NCBI GenBank assembly: GCA_965655095.1 | Contig: OZ296657.1 | Coordinates: forward strand, 81,902,001-81,966,000 | Origin: Haplodiscus bocki | Taxonomy: Eukaryota | Length of the DNA: 64,000 bases | Direction: 5' to 3' | Part shown: positions 50,135 to 63,891 of the stretch, piece after piece | Numbering within the stretch: position 1 is the first letter of the stretch | How the letters are laid out: the number at the start of each line of letters is the position of its first letter | The notes under the pieces: generated by a model | What the model was told of the DNA's origin: nothing | Seen by the model: only the letters and a program-made list of their open reading frames with translations | The model's database searches: none | Program-made: the position numbers and the translations under genes

Positions 50135-53100
50135 GATTCTCTCGTACTTTGTAGTCGTGTATTACAGTTATATATACAAGACTACAATATACAAAAGAAT
50201 TTCAAATATACGGAAACAAAATACTGGGAAACACGTCAATTCACTTCATTTGGCAAGTACTTGTGGTTTTCGTAATCTATAAATTGCGCGTTTTTCTGCC
50301 CTTATTCTGTAAATTGGAGCGACACCCAAAAAATATGATTGATGGATCGAGTTTTTTGAGTATGCGACAGTGTGGCAGGTATTTGTCTCAATTTGACTTC
50401 TGCGAACAAACTTTTGATTGACAGTTGATGTATATCCAAAAGTGTTAATCACATCTACGATCATGATTTGAAATGTCCTTCGGGATCTCCGATTTTACCT
50501 GACAAGTCAGGATATGTTGCGAAGTTCGGCGCTGCCTCTTTGTCAAAACTTGTTGGAAAAAAACATGGAAATCGAGCTAATTTGGAGATACTGCGCCAAA
50601 CTTGAATCCTTTACCCAGGAACACCGGTCCCTAAATCGCCTAAATTTTGCATAAGCATAACATAACAATGTGACTCGAGTATGTGACACTAGATTTTGGA
50701 TGCCGTCCGATGATTTTCCGAAAGACTTTGAAAATCGAGCAACGACTGAAAATCGTTGTCAAATTCGAAGTCTTATAGATCTTCCCCAGGGCTCCAAAGA
50801 ACCTATAATCTCTTTAGTTATAACAAAGAAACCCCAATACATCAGTTGTTAAATGCTCGTTTCAGATAAACCCGCTAGGTTTCAGTCGGTGCGTTACTTA
50901 TAAACTAAGTAGCCCAACTATATGAATAATTTTTGAAGATGAAAGACCTTACTCTGTAAACGACGTTCTTCGAACCTATCCTCTTTTGCCTATTTGTTCC
51001 CACTCTACCCACAGAATTAATACAATACATATTTTGATTAGTAGACCGTTCCCAAGACGTTTCAAGTGAGCGTATATCAAGTTTGAAAACTTTTCGCTCT
51101 TGGTGACTGACAAAGCTTTGACGAAGAATTCAAAAAATTCGGAGGAGCTACTTCGAAATACTCCTCAGATGGAAAATCCAATAAATCTAAAAGGAGAAGA
51201 CCATGAGTTTGTGGATACGCCCATCATTATTTTTTGTATAAGCAACTTTTCCCAATGTTTTCAAACATCAAAACTCCGTTCTATAAGTGTTATGAGCTTT
51301 GCGGGCGGCGACGACTTGGCTATTCTTTTTTTATTATTCTACACTTGCATTTTTGGTGTGTGCAGATAGTCTAGCGACTTTGAGCGAAATCGACCTTTTG
51401 AGACATTTGTCAGGTATGTGTCTTTGTTCGCGTTGTTTTATTCAGAACAATGTTTAAACATTTTGAAAAATTGGTCTAAAAATGAACATCTTAGTCAAAA
51501 AGTCATCTTTTATGTATCACTTTTTTTTCAATGAGACATTTAGGTATGTACTCTTTCGATTTCAAGTTGAAGAATTGTGGCAGTTCCTAAAAATTGTTCC
51601 GTGAAATGTGAGAAGCTAAAAACACGTCAATAACTGAGCAAATGCTCTATTGAGACACTGTAGCAATTACTTGTCTCACTTCGAATTATCGAGCCAACGC
51701 TTGACTGACGGTTTGTGTAGTGTTTTGACACTTGCGTGAGCAAGTGTTAAGATACAGTCTTGAACTTTTCTTCGATCATTTCACAACAGACACAAGATCA
51801 GAGACTGACAATCGAACGTAGTCACCTTGGCTCGAACCTGGAACGTTGTAGCCGCAGTCGCTTACTCTACCGTTCTGCGTCACTGTCGTTTAAGAATCAG
51901 TGTTTTTTTACAAAGTTTGAAGCGAACGAATTGTTACAGGGTTTTTTTTGTAAATAAATACTTGTTTGTAGCCGTTCGTGCTTATGACATTTGTGTTAAA
52001 GTTCATTAACAGAGTTAAATGAATTTGTCCAGTTCTTAAATCAGTAATTTTTGTAGTTTTTTGAGCCCTGTACAAAGTTGTCATTGTTCGATTCGCTCAC
52101 TAGTTTTCCGTTGGGGCAAGTGTTGAGAAGCTTAGCTTCGCCTCCGTATTAAAAGTGTCCGTGCTCCTCATTGAGGATCGAAGTTTCTTGCTTAATTCTA
52201 AGAGCCTAATGCTTAACATTGTTGGTGTCTATGTTTTCATCGTGATCAAAACTTGCGTTTTTTGAGGTCATCAGAGATTCTCTTGTACTTTGTAGTCGTG
52301 TATTACAGTTATATATACAAGACTACAATATACAAAAGAATTTGAAATATACGGAAACAAAATACTGGGAACACGTCAATTCACTTCATTTGGCAAGTAC
52401 TTGTGGTTTTCGTAATCTACAAATTGCGCTTTTTTCTGCCCTTGTTCTGTAAATTGGAGCGACACCCAAAAACTATGATTGATGGATCGAGTATTTTGAG
52501 TATGCGACAGTGTGGCAGGTATTTGTCTCAATTTGACTTCTTCGAACAAACGTTTGATTGACAGTTGATGTATATCCAAAAGTGTTAATCACATCTACGA
52601 TCATGATTTGAAATGTCCTTCGGGATCTCCGATTTTACCTGACAAGTCAGTATATGTTGCGAAGTTCGGCGTTGCGTCTTTGTCAAAACATGTTGAAAAA
52701 AAAAACATGGAAGTCGAGCTAATTTGGAGATACTGCGCCAAACTTGAATCCTTTACCCAGGAACACCGGTCCCTAAATCGCCTAAATTTTGCATAAGCAT
52801 AACATAACATTGTGACTCGAATATGTGACACTAGATTTTGGATGCCGTCCGATGATTTTCCGAAAGACACTGAAAATCGAGCAACGACTGAAAATCGTTG
52901 TCAAATTCGAAGTCTTATAGATCTTCTCCAGGGCTCCAAAGAACCTATAATTTCTTTAGTTATAACAAAGAAACCCCATTACATCAGTTGTTAAATGCTC
53001 GTTTCAGATAAACCCGCTAGATTTCAGTCGGTGCGTTACTTATAACTAAAAAGCCCAACTATATGATTAATTTTTGAAGACGAAAGACCTTACTCTGTAA

Positions 53101-56100
53101 ACAACGTTCTTCGAACCTATCCTCTTTTGCCTATTTGTACCCACTCTACCCACAGAATTAATACAATACATATTTTGATTAGTAGACCGTTCCCAAGACG
53201 TTTCAAGTGAGCGTATATCAAGTTTGAAAAGTTTTCGCTCTTGGTGACTGACAAAGCTTTGACGAAGAATTCAAAAAAATCGGAGGAGCTACTTCGAAAT
53301 ACTCCTCAGATGGAAAATCCAATAAATCTAAAAGGAGAAGACCATGAGTTTGTGGATACGCCCTTCATTATTTTTTGTATAAGCAACTTTTCCCAATGTT
53401 TTCAAACAACAAAACTCCGTTCTATAAGTAAAATGTGCTTTGCGGGCGGCGACGACTTGGCCATTCTTTTCTTATTATTCTACACTTGCATTTTTGGCGT
53501 GTGCAGATAGTCTAGTGATTTTGAGCGAAATCGACCTTTTGAGACATTTGTCAGGTATGTGTCTTTGTTCGCGTTGTTTTATTCAGAACACTGTTTAAAC
53601 ATTTTGAAAATTGGTCTAAAAATGAACATCTTAGTCAAAAAGTCATCTTTTATGTATCACTTTTTTTTCAATGAGACATTTAGGTATGTACTCTTTCGAT
53701 TTCAAGTTGAAGAATTGTGGCAGTTCCTAAAAATTGTTCCGTGAAATGTTAGAAGCTAAAAACACGTCAATAACTGAGCAAATGCTCTATTGAGACACTC
53801 TAGCAATTACTTGTCTCACTTCGAATTATCGAGCCAATGCTTGATTGACGGTTTGTGTAGTGTTTTGACACTTGCGTGAGCAAGTGTTAAGATACAGTCT
53901 TGAACTTTTCTTCGATCCTTTCACAACAGACACAAAATCAGAGATTTGACCATCGAACGTAGTCACCTTGGCTCGAACCTGGAACGTTGTAGCCGCAGTC
54001 GCTTACTTTACCGTACTGCGTCACTGTCGTTTAAGAATCAGTGTTTTTATAGAAAGTATGAAGCGAACGAATTGTTACAGGGTTTCTTTTTTGTAAATAA
54101 ATACTTGTTTGTAGCAGTTCGTGCTTATGAAATTTGTGTTAAAGTCCATTAACAGAGTTAAATGAATTTCTGTCCAGTTCTTTAATCAGTAATTTTTGTA
54201 TTTTTTTGATCCCTGTACAAAGTTGTCATTGTTCGATTCGCTCACTAGTTTTCCGTTGGGGCAAGTGTTGCGAAGCTTAGCTTCGCCTCCGTATTAAAAG
54301 TGTCCGTGCTCCTCATTGAGGATCGAAGTTTCTTGCTTAATTCGAAGAGCCTAATGCCTAACATTGTTGGTGTCTATCTTTTCATCGTGATCAAAACTTG
54401 CGTTTTGTGAGGTCATCAGAGATTCTCTTGTACTTTGTAGTCGTGTATTACAGTTATATATACAAGACTACAATATACAAAAGAATTTCAAATATACGGA
54501 AACAAAATACTGGGAAACACGTCAATTCACTTTATTTGGCAAGTACTTGTGGTTTTCGGAATCTATAAATTGCGCGTTTTTCTGCCCTTATTCTGTAAAT
54601 TGGAGCGACACCCAAAAAATATGATTGATGGATCGAGTTTTTTGAGTATGCGACAGTGTGGCAGGTATTTGTCTCAATTTGACTTCTGCGAACAAACGTT
54701 TGATTGACAGTTGATGTATATCCAAAAGTGTTAATCACATCTACGATCATGATTTGAAATGTCCTTCGGGATCTCCGATTTTACCTGACAAGTCAGTATA
54801 TGTTGCGAAGTTCGGCGTTGCGTCTTTGTCAAAACATGTTGAAAAAAAAACATGGAAGTCGAGCTAATTTGGAGATACTGCGCCAAACTTGAATCCTTTA
54901 CCCAGGAACACCGGTCCCTAAATCGCCTAAATTTTGCATAAGCATAACATAACATTGTGACTCGAATATGTGACTCTAGATTTTGGATGCCGTCCGATGA
55001 TTTTCCGAAAGACACTGAAAATCGAGGAACGACTGAAAATCGTTGTCAAATTCGAAGTCTTATAGATCTTCTCCAGGGCTCCAAAGAACCTGTAATTTCT
55101 TTAGTTATAACAAAGAAACCCCATTACATCAGTTGTTAAATGCTCATTTCAGATAAACCCGCTAGATTTCAGTCGGTGCGTTACTTATAACTAAAAAGCC
55201 CAACTATATGATTAATTTTTGAAGACGAAAGACCTTACTCTGTAAACGACGTTCTTCGAACCTATCCTCTTTTGCCTATTTGTACCCACTCTACCCACAG
55301 AATTAATACAATACATATTTTGATTAGTAGACCGTTCACAAGACGTTTCAAGTGAGCGTTTATCAAGTTTGAAAAATTTTCGCTCTTGGTGACTGACAAA
55401 GCTTTGACGAAGAATTCAAAAAATTCGGAGGAGCTACTTCGAAATACTCCTCAGATGGAAAATCCAATAAATCTAAAAGGAGAAGACCATGAGATTGTGG
55501 ATACGCCCATCATTATTTTTTGTATAAGCAACTTTTCCCAATGTTTTCAAACATCAAAACTCCGTTCTATAAGTATTATGAGCTTTGCGGGCGGCGACGA
55601 CTTGGCTATTCTTTTCTTATTATTCTACACTTGCATTTTTGGCGTGTGCAGATAGTCTAGTGATTTTGAGCGAAATCGACCTTTTGAGACATTTGTCAGG
55701 TATGTGTCTTTGTTCGCGTTATTTTGTTCAGAACACTGTTTAAACATTTTGAAAATTGGTCTAAAAATGAACATCTTAGTCAAAAAGTCATCTTTTATGT
55801 ATCACTTTTTTTTCAATGAGACATTTAGGTATGTACTCTTTCGATTTCAAGTTGAAGAATTGTGGCAGTTCCTAAAAATTGTTCCGTGAAATATTAGAAG
55901 CTAAAAACACGTCAATAACTGAGCAAATGCTCTATTGAGAGATTGTAGCAATTACTTGTCTCAATTCGAATTATCGAGCCAACGCTTGATTGACGGTTTG
56001 TGTAGTGTTTTGACACTTGCGTGAGCAAGTGTTAAGATACAGTCTTGAACTTTCCTTGGATCCTTTCACAACAGACACAAGATCAGAGATTTGACCATCG

Positions 56101-58706
56101 AACGTAGTCACCTTGGCTCGAACCTGGAACGTCGTAGCCGCAGTCGCTTACTCTACCGTACTGCGTCACTGTCGTTTAAGAATCAGTGTTTTTATACAAA
56201 GTATGAAGCGAACGAATTGTTACAGGGTTTCTTTTTTGTAAATAAATATTCGTTTGTAGCCGTTCGTGCTTATGACATTTGTGTTAAAGTTCATTAACAG
56301 AGTTAAATGAATTTCTGTCCAGTTCTTTAATCAGTAATTTTTGTAGTTTTTTGAGCCCTGTACAAAGTTGTCATTGTTCGATTCGCTCACTAGTTTTCCG
56401 TTGGGGCAAGTGTTGCGAAGCTTAGCTTCGCCTCCGTATTAAAAGTGTCCGTGCTCCTCATTGAGGATCGAAGTTTCTTGCTTAATTCTAAGAGCCTAAT
56501 GCTTAACATTGTTGGTGTCTATATTTTCATCGTGATCAAAACTTGCGTTTTTTGAGGTCATCAGAGATTCTCCTGTACTTTGTAGTCGTGTATTACAGTT
56601 ATATATACAAGACTACAATATACAAAAGAATTTCAAATATACGGAAACAAAATACTGGGAAACAGGTCAATTCACTTCATTTGGCAAGTACTTGTGGTTT
56701 TCGTAATCTATAAATTGCGCGTTTTTCTGCCCTTATTCTGTAAATTGGAGCGACACCCAAAAATTATGATTGATGGATCGAGTTTTTTGAGTATGCGACA
56801 GTGTGGCAGGTATTTGTCTCAATTTGACTTCTTCGAACAAACTTTTGATTGACAGTTGATGTATATCCAAAAGTGTTAATCACATCTACGATCATGATTT
56901 GAAATGTCCTTCGGGATCTTCGATTTTACCCGACAAGTCAGGATATGTTGCGAAGTTCGGCGTTGCCTCTTTGTCAAAACATGTTGAAAAAAAACCTGGA
57001 AACGAGCTAATTTGGAGATACTGCGCCAAACTTGAATCCTTTACCCAGGAACACCGGTCCCTAAATCACCTAAATTTTGCATAAGCATAACATAACAATG
57101 TGACTCGAATATGTGACACTAGATTTTGGATGCCGTCCGATGATTTTCCGAAAGACTTCGAAAATCGAGAAACGACTGAAAGTCGTTGTCAAATTCGAAG
57201 TCTTATAGATCTTCCCCAGGGCTCCAAAGAACCTATAATTTCTTAAGTTATAACAAAGAAACCCCATTACATCAGTTGTTAAATGCTCGTTTCAGATGAA
57301 CCCGCTAGATTTCAGTCGGTGCGTTACTTATAACTAAAAGGCCCAACTATATGATTAATTTTTGAAGACGAAAGACCTTACTCTGTAAACGACGTTCTTC
57401 GAACCTATCCTCTTTTGCCTATTTGTACCCACTCTACCCACAGAATTAATACAATACATATTTTGATTAGTAGACCGTTCACAAGACGTTTCAAGTGAGC
57501 GTTTATCAAGTTTGAAAAATTTTCGCTCTTGGTGACTGACAAAGCTTTGACGAAGAATTCAAAAAATTCGGAGGAGCTACTTCGAAATACTCCTCAGATG
57601 GAAAATCCAATAAATCTAAAAGGAGAAGACCATGAGATTGTGGATACGCCCATCATTATTTTTTGTATAAGCAACTTTTCCCAATGTTTTCAAACATCAA
57701 AACTCCGTTCTATAAGTATTATGAGCTTTGCGGGCGGCGACGACTTGGCTATTCTTTTCTTATTATTCTACACTTGCATTTTTGGCGTGTGCAGATAGTC
57801 TAGTGATTTTGAGCGAAATCGACCTTTTGAGACATTTGTCAGGTATGTGTCTTTGTTCGCGTTGTTTTATTCAGAACACTGTTTAAACATTTTGAAAATT
57901 GGTCTAAAAATGAACATCTTAGTCAAAAAGTCATCTTTTATGTATCACTTTTTTTTCAATGAGACATTTAGGTATGTACTCTTTCGATTTCAAGTTGAAG
58001 AATTGTGGCAGTTCCTAAAAATTGTTCCGTGAAATATTAGAAGCTAAAAACACGTCAATAACTGAGCAAATGCTCTATTGAGAGATTGTAGCAATTACTT
58101 GTCTCAATTCGAATTATCGAGCCAACGCTTGATTGACGGTTTGTGTAGTGTTTTGACACTTGCGTGAGCAAGTGTTAAGATACAGTCTTGAACTTTCCTT
58201 GGATCCTTTCACAACAGACACAAGATCAGAGATTTGACCATCGAACGTAGTCACCTTGGCTCGAACCTGGAACGTCGTAGCCGCAGTCGCTTACTCTACC
58301 GTACTGCGTCACTGTCGTTTAAGAATCAGTGTTTTTATAGAAAGTATGAAGCGAACGAATTGTTACAGGGTTTCTTTTTTGTAAATAAATACTTGTTTGT
58401 AGCAGTTCGTGCTTATGAAATTTGTGTTAAAGTCCATTAACAGAGTTAAATGAATTTCTGTCCAGTTCTTTAATCAGTAATTTTTGTAGTTTTTTGAGCC
58501 CTGTACAAAGTTGTCATTGTTCGATTCGCTCACTAGTTTTCCGTTGGGGCAAGTGTTGCGAAGCTTAGCTTCGCCTCCGTATTAAAAGTGTCCGTGCTCC
58601 TCATTGAGGATCGAAGTTTGTTGCTTAATTCTAAGAGCCTAATGCTTAACATTGTTGGTGTCTATATTTCATCGTGATCAAAACTTGCGTTTTTGAGGTC
58701 ATCAGA
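50135..58706 (+). repeat. Head-to-tail array of four ~2.14-kb units
   Basis: Units start with GATTCTC at 50135, 52276, 54421 and 56566 (periods 2141, 2145, 2145); near-identical ORF sets recur in each. Confidence 0.98.
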
Positions 58707-59509
58707 GAATCCAGCGTAATTGGATATAGAGTTTGTATAGAGCCTTCGTGCTTTTTACTTTTTTTAATAAAAGTTTTGAAGAATTAACGGAGTGAAATAA
58801 ATTTGTTTACTTGTTTAATCAGTCGTTTTTTTGGTACCGTGACCCCTTTAAACTAGTTGTGCCTGTTCGATATCCGTTGGCGCAAGTGTTGCGAAACTGC
58901 TTAACCTCTGTGTTGAAAGTTTCAGTACTCCTCAGATCGAGGTTTCGAATGTCTCTCAAGATAGCCGATGTCTTTTGCTTACACTTGATCTCCACTATCT
59001 AGTCAGAATGTGTTGCTAACTTCCGTTTAACCTGTTAACGGATTGTAGCTGAAAAGAAGAATATGTGTTGATTCCGAGTTGTGCCCACAATTTTAGGCCT
59101 TAAGCTGTTACGTTGAAGGACTTTAGATTTTGTTGGCCAAGCGGCGTGACGAGCCCGTTGACCGAGGCTGAATGATAGTGAGCGAAAGTCATATGTGTTT
59201 ACTTTCAATTTTTTCTTATTACTTTTTTTTTGCTTTCAAAGATTATCGTCTTTTTCTTTGAAGTGAGTAGTACTGAATTAAATCGAATTTTTAGAAAGAC
59301 GTTCAGCGATTCCCTTTATCGCTATTTAGTCATTATTCACTCTTCGCTTTCAAGTGCTTGTGAAAATTGATTGAAATATTCTCACATTACTCAATTTGTT
59401 TTCCGGTGGTTCGAAATCATCATTCAGTTTTTGCTTTTTTCACTCATTTCCAATTTTTCGCTTTTAGCTAAATTTTAGAGCTGGATGCGTAGCATCGTTG
59501 ATGCGTATG

Positions 59510-59830
59510 TTTTCATCGTGATCAAAACTTGCATTTTTTGAGATCATCAGAGAGTCTAGTGTAATTGGATAAGAATGAGTTTTGATAGATTTTGCTGGTA
59601 CTTGAATGGTTTGGCATCTAAAAAGTGTTGTTTTCAAAACATTGGCATGAAAAATTGAACACCAACGTCCTAAAATACTGAAAATCAATTCCTGAAAAGA
59701 GTACTTCGTCTGTGTGTTTCTTGAAGTTGGTGATAATGCATCGATGAACGCTGTGTACCATAAAGGACGTAGATGTCTGAATTCCTCCAGCTTCGAATTT
59801 AGACAATGAAATGGAAAACTTATTACATCA
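59510..59830 (+). repeat. Dispersed fragment of the same repeat family
   Basis: TTTCATCGTGATCAAAACTTGC...TTCGAATTTAGACAATGAA matches 47580-47900; ORF 59464 parallels ORF 47626. Confidence 0.85.
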
Positions 59831-59959
59831 TTACCAAATTAAAGTATAAACTTAAAATTTCAAATAATTGTTATGAGCGGGTAAGCCATTAATTGTCAAG
59901 AGAAAATTTCCCGAGAAGGTGAAAGTTTTTTAATGCGTGAAAGCTCCCATTCTATGAGT

Positions 59960-60850
59960 ATTTTGAGCCTTACGGGTGGCGTCGACTTGGCCGTTCTCGG
60001 CTTGTTCATGCCTTTGGTGGCCGTGGCCTTCACCATTTCAGTTCTCATGATCGGCTGCACTCAGAATAATCTGTTTCATCCGTTCTACTCTTTGTCTACG
60101 TAGGTGCTCAGTGTACTCCTTCCATCGGCTCAAGTTTCCTTCTTCAACAGAATTGCTCCTTGCTACTGTTTCAAAACCTCATCCGATTTGTGCTTCCTGC
60201 TTGCGATTTCTTAAAATTTTGCGTGGCATTCTTTCGATTCGGGAAAAGCTTCATGTTCAATTTCTTGATACCTTTCGTCGAATTTCATCTTGCTTCGGTA
60301 CAGGATTCTTTCATTATATGCTTTCTCATTTCATATATTTTACTCGTCATTTTCACTTTTTTGTTCGCATCATTTGTAGAATGCGAGATGTAATGCAGAC
60401 TTTGTATTGCCTTCTCTCTTTGAATACAATATGTACTCATTGTATTTCCAAGCATGGATTTTTGAATCTGTTCCACGGCGAAGGCGGTGTAACATAGAAT
60501 CGATCCTTTGCCTTCAATCGGATTGCTTGGATCACTTTGTCATGATCGGCTCGGCTGCATAGTTAAACTATCTAGTTCTGCGACTGTTCATTATATTCAG
60601 CCTGGCATTTACCGTTGCAGCATCGGTGGAATGATCCGCAATCAGCGCTCGTATATGTGGTGCAGTTTTAAGTGACATTCATGATCCTGTTGTTCACTTA
60701 AATGCAGGCAGTTCGGTTTCTGATTTTGTTTCCAGGGTTTTTCCACATGTACACAGTCTCCTGAAAGGTTTTTTTTCTGAACCACGTGTTTGCCATCATG
60801 AGATTGGTGTGTTCAAACCAAGAAGCAAATTGTTGTCGTCTTCGTGCTTT
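59960..60850 (-). mobile_element. RTE-clade LINE fragment (APE endonuclease to pre-RT)
   Basis: Manual translation across frameshifts: NLMMANTWFRKK...RRL, WKNPGNKIRN, TYxSADCGS, matching RTE APE (NTWF...RRLYTWxSP...RNQIDYI...ADCGSDH). Confidence 0.7.
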
Positions 60851-61899
60851 TAATTACTTAACGTCTTCTACGTTAATCAACAATGGTCTCTTTTTACTTC
60901 GTAACTTGATCATAGCTTAAAAGATTTTTTCTTCGGCTGTGTAAATTTCATAGCCAATGGCTTAAAATGAAACACACTCAAGTAAGCCCTGAATTTTTCT
61001 TCTGACAATATCCAAACAAAGCTGCAAACTGAAGCTGTTGTATATTTCTCATAAAATAAGAATGTCATATTTATTCCTTTTTAATTTTTTCTGAGGCAGG
61101 GAAAATCATTTTCTGAGGTGTTGGAAGATTGAAGATTAAATGAATTTATTTTTGAACCGAAATCAGTTGGAATCCTTTATAAGTTTTCCACGAACAACTA
61201 CCGAGTGCACAGTTTTGTTGATACCAGTATGTGAGCCACGGTCATTTTGCCCCACTTTCAGGGGTGCTGTAGTTTTTTTTTCATAAATCTTGGGTTTTCA
61301 GAGTTCGGTACGAAAACAGCACGGGCGGGTTTCACATTTTTGGCGTTGGTTTTTTTCTAAAAGTTTTATGTGTATGTAATATTTAAGAGAATTCCGCAGA
61401 AATTTTGGGTATAGCCTGGGTATTACGGGAGGGAGGTAGCACGCAGTAGGTGGTATCACGAAAATTTTTGGTGTCAACCACGGCGAAATTTTTTTTCAGC
61501 TATAATATGGGAAATTTTTGGAACCCGGGTTTACGACCACAAGGACAGATTACAGCGGGTGCATGTATGTACCCCAGCCAGTCCTGCTAGAGATAAAACC
61601 CGTAGCAAGATCTTCTTAAGAAAGCCCTGCGCGCATACATACTCCGTAGCAAGAATGCCCTGTACCCAGGGATGTACTTTAGTCAACGCTCTTCACGCCA
61701 TAGGAGAAAATTCAGGACAAAAATGTCCTTATGTGAAGATTATATTTTCCTTTGCCGCAATGTAAGGTGAAAATGCATGTAAATACCGAAACTTCCAGAT
61801 TTTTGGCTTAGATTTCTCTAAAATCTCCATGGCTTAAAACGATCTTTTTAGAACAATTGTTTGTTGATTACGATTGGTAAGATCTGAGCTCCGTAATAA

Positions 61900-62011
61900 A
61901 AGCCAAACCGACATTACTGAAGAACTTGAAAAGTTAAAGGCCGTGTTTTATCCTTAAGCCAAACCGACATTACAAAAGAACTTGAAAAGTTAAAGGCCGT
62001 GTTTTATCCTT
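61900..62011 (+). repeat. 56-bp tandem duplication (2 copies)
   Basis: AAGCCAAACCGACATTAC..AAGAACTTGAAAAGTTAAAGGCCGTGTTTTATCCTT twice, with 2 mismatches. Confidence 0.95.
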
Positions 62012-62208
62012 TACACATGTTTTCACTTTGTCTTGAACTTCTTCCGATCCGTTCACAACTCGCATTTGTGCCTACATTCTAAAGTTGCCTAGATTTTGTG
62101 CATGCCCTCTCAATCCGTTGCAGAAATCTGTTCACGTGCCCCATTTTCCAGTGCGCGCTTTCTTAAATTGAATCCAAGGCGAATTAACTTCCATAGTTCA
62201 TACTTGTT

Positions 62209-63891
62209 GGTTACATGTGATTTCGTCCTATACATTTCAACCGCTGCAATTTCAACCCTTCACACTTTCAGCCGTTCACACTTTCAACCACTTGCTTTTT
62301 CAATCGCTTGAAAAATCAACCGCCGCAAATTCGACCTATTTATTTCAGTTTAAGGTTATTCAATTTTTTCAGGACGTTCGAAATGAACTAAAGTAAGTGC
62401 AGAATCAGTTGAACGTCATCTATCGGAAAGTCTTACGTAACTTTCGAAGGTCATTTTGGACAAACTACCAAATGTACCCAACTTGAAATTGATGTTTCCC
62501 AACTTCACCAGAACGAAATCAGATGCCATTTGCGTCTCACTAGGACAACAAACTTGAAGGGACTTTGATTTCTTGTTACCATTTTTCTGAAGAGTTAGCC
62601 AGCCCGTAGTCCAAATGTACTTCCGATCTCACAAGAGACAATTTGTCATGGATCAAACTGTACGGCCAGTCATGTTAATGGTTTGAGACGCACTCCGGGA
62701 GGCTGCAAGGAGCAGTCACGACAAAAAATCAAATATCCTTTCAGCTTTATCTTTTTCTGCAAAAAAACTGAATTTCTTTCAGCAGACAAAATAAAAGATC
62801 AGTAATTACAGCAAAATATAAAATAGAAAACGTAAAAAACTGTATACAAATGTTTCTTATCTTAATTTTGTTTTTGCTCGAAGATAGTGCAAATTTTCGT
62901 AATAAGATTTCAGTCTGATCTCCTTGACTTTCGGTAAAAAGATTGCGTCTGGTGGAAATAGCAGTGCAAGATATCTGCGTGGGTGCATTTCCTGCGGAGA
63001 GCATTCAACGCTGCCTTTTCGAAGTCTGCCAGTATTTTACCAGGTTTGGGGTTCGTTTCTTATTTCAGCATCTCAATCTTTCTAATATAGGTTTTTTCTG
63101 TTATGCTCGGTAGCAGTACAGATAAACAAGGTGGCGCAAAACCGTGCAGTTCGACGTAGATTGTCTAAATTTGATAGAAGATTTTATGTGACAATTTAGA
63201 CGTTCCATCAACCAACCAATTATTCGACAAACTGAATAACTTTGTCATTGTTGCGTCTCCAAATATTAGATTTCGCTCACTGTCATCTTTTTCACTGTCT
63301 AGTGGAAGGAAGGGAGCAAACTTGTCAGGGACTTCAAAATGTCGATCAATGGGGGCAGGAATTTGAAAACACTTCCTTTTTTGTCATTTTGTAGAAACTA
63401 CTTGCAACAGGTTGTCTTTTTTGGGCATCAAGTTGAACTGTGTAGACATCGGAAAATTTGGATATTTCGTTGGCAATCGCCACAGTTGGTGTTGCATATT
63501 CTTTTAATCTGATTAATTTCTTCCACTTTACATTCGCTGGGGTCGCAGTCGTCCTTTTGTTTCGAAGACAGTTTCGTTTTTAGTCGTAAGGTTGCGGGAC
63601 ATTTTAACTTATAATGTTTTGTGGAACGCCAATGGATACAGTTTATAATTGTTTGTTTCTGGTTATATGAGTGACCGTCGTTCACTGCAGTTTTTCCGCA
63701 TTTTTGCTGTTTCCGGTAACTAGGACGATTTTGAATTCAAACTTTAATATAAATAATTCGTTTGAAAAGGATTAATTTTGATTACACTTAGTTGATGTAA
63801 TTAATTGATTACTCGGTAATTGAAGCGGTTGAATATGCGGTGATTGAAATTGCAGCGGTTGAAATGGCATGGGATGAATTGTGCTGACGCC
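62209..63891 (-). mobile_element. Mutator-like (MULE) DNA transposon, decayed, with repeat-built TIRs
   Basis: 9-bp TSD ATACTTGTT (62200-62208, 63892-63900); GG...CC termini; inverted ATTTCAACCGCTGCAATTTCAA blocks at both ends. Confidence 0.88.
62600..63690 (-). pseudogene. FLYWCH-MULE DDE transposase remnant
   Basis: DGHSY...HWRSTK...KCPATL (FLYWCH); RNLIFG...WLVDGTSK...FYQI*TI...LLP; ILADFEKAALNA...CYFHQTQ. Confidence 0.88.

Noticed and set aside
50131-50190. Junction hairpin as a Helitron 3' end
   Set aside because: The hairpin is AT-rich and the minus-strand terminus reads CTAT, not CTRR.
50246-58440. Recurring 60-95 aa ORFs in the tandem units as a gene cluster
   Set aside because: They recur only because the DNA is duplicated; indels between units break them freely.
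59160-59190. CTGAATGA...GAAA, and CTGAGGA near 4954, as hammerhead ribozyme cores
   Set aside because: Core spacing is wrong or stem II cannot form.
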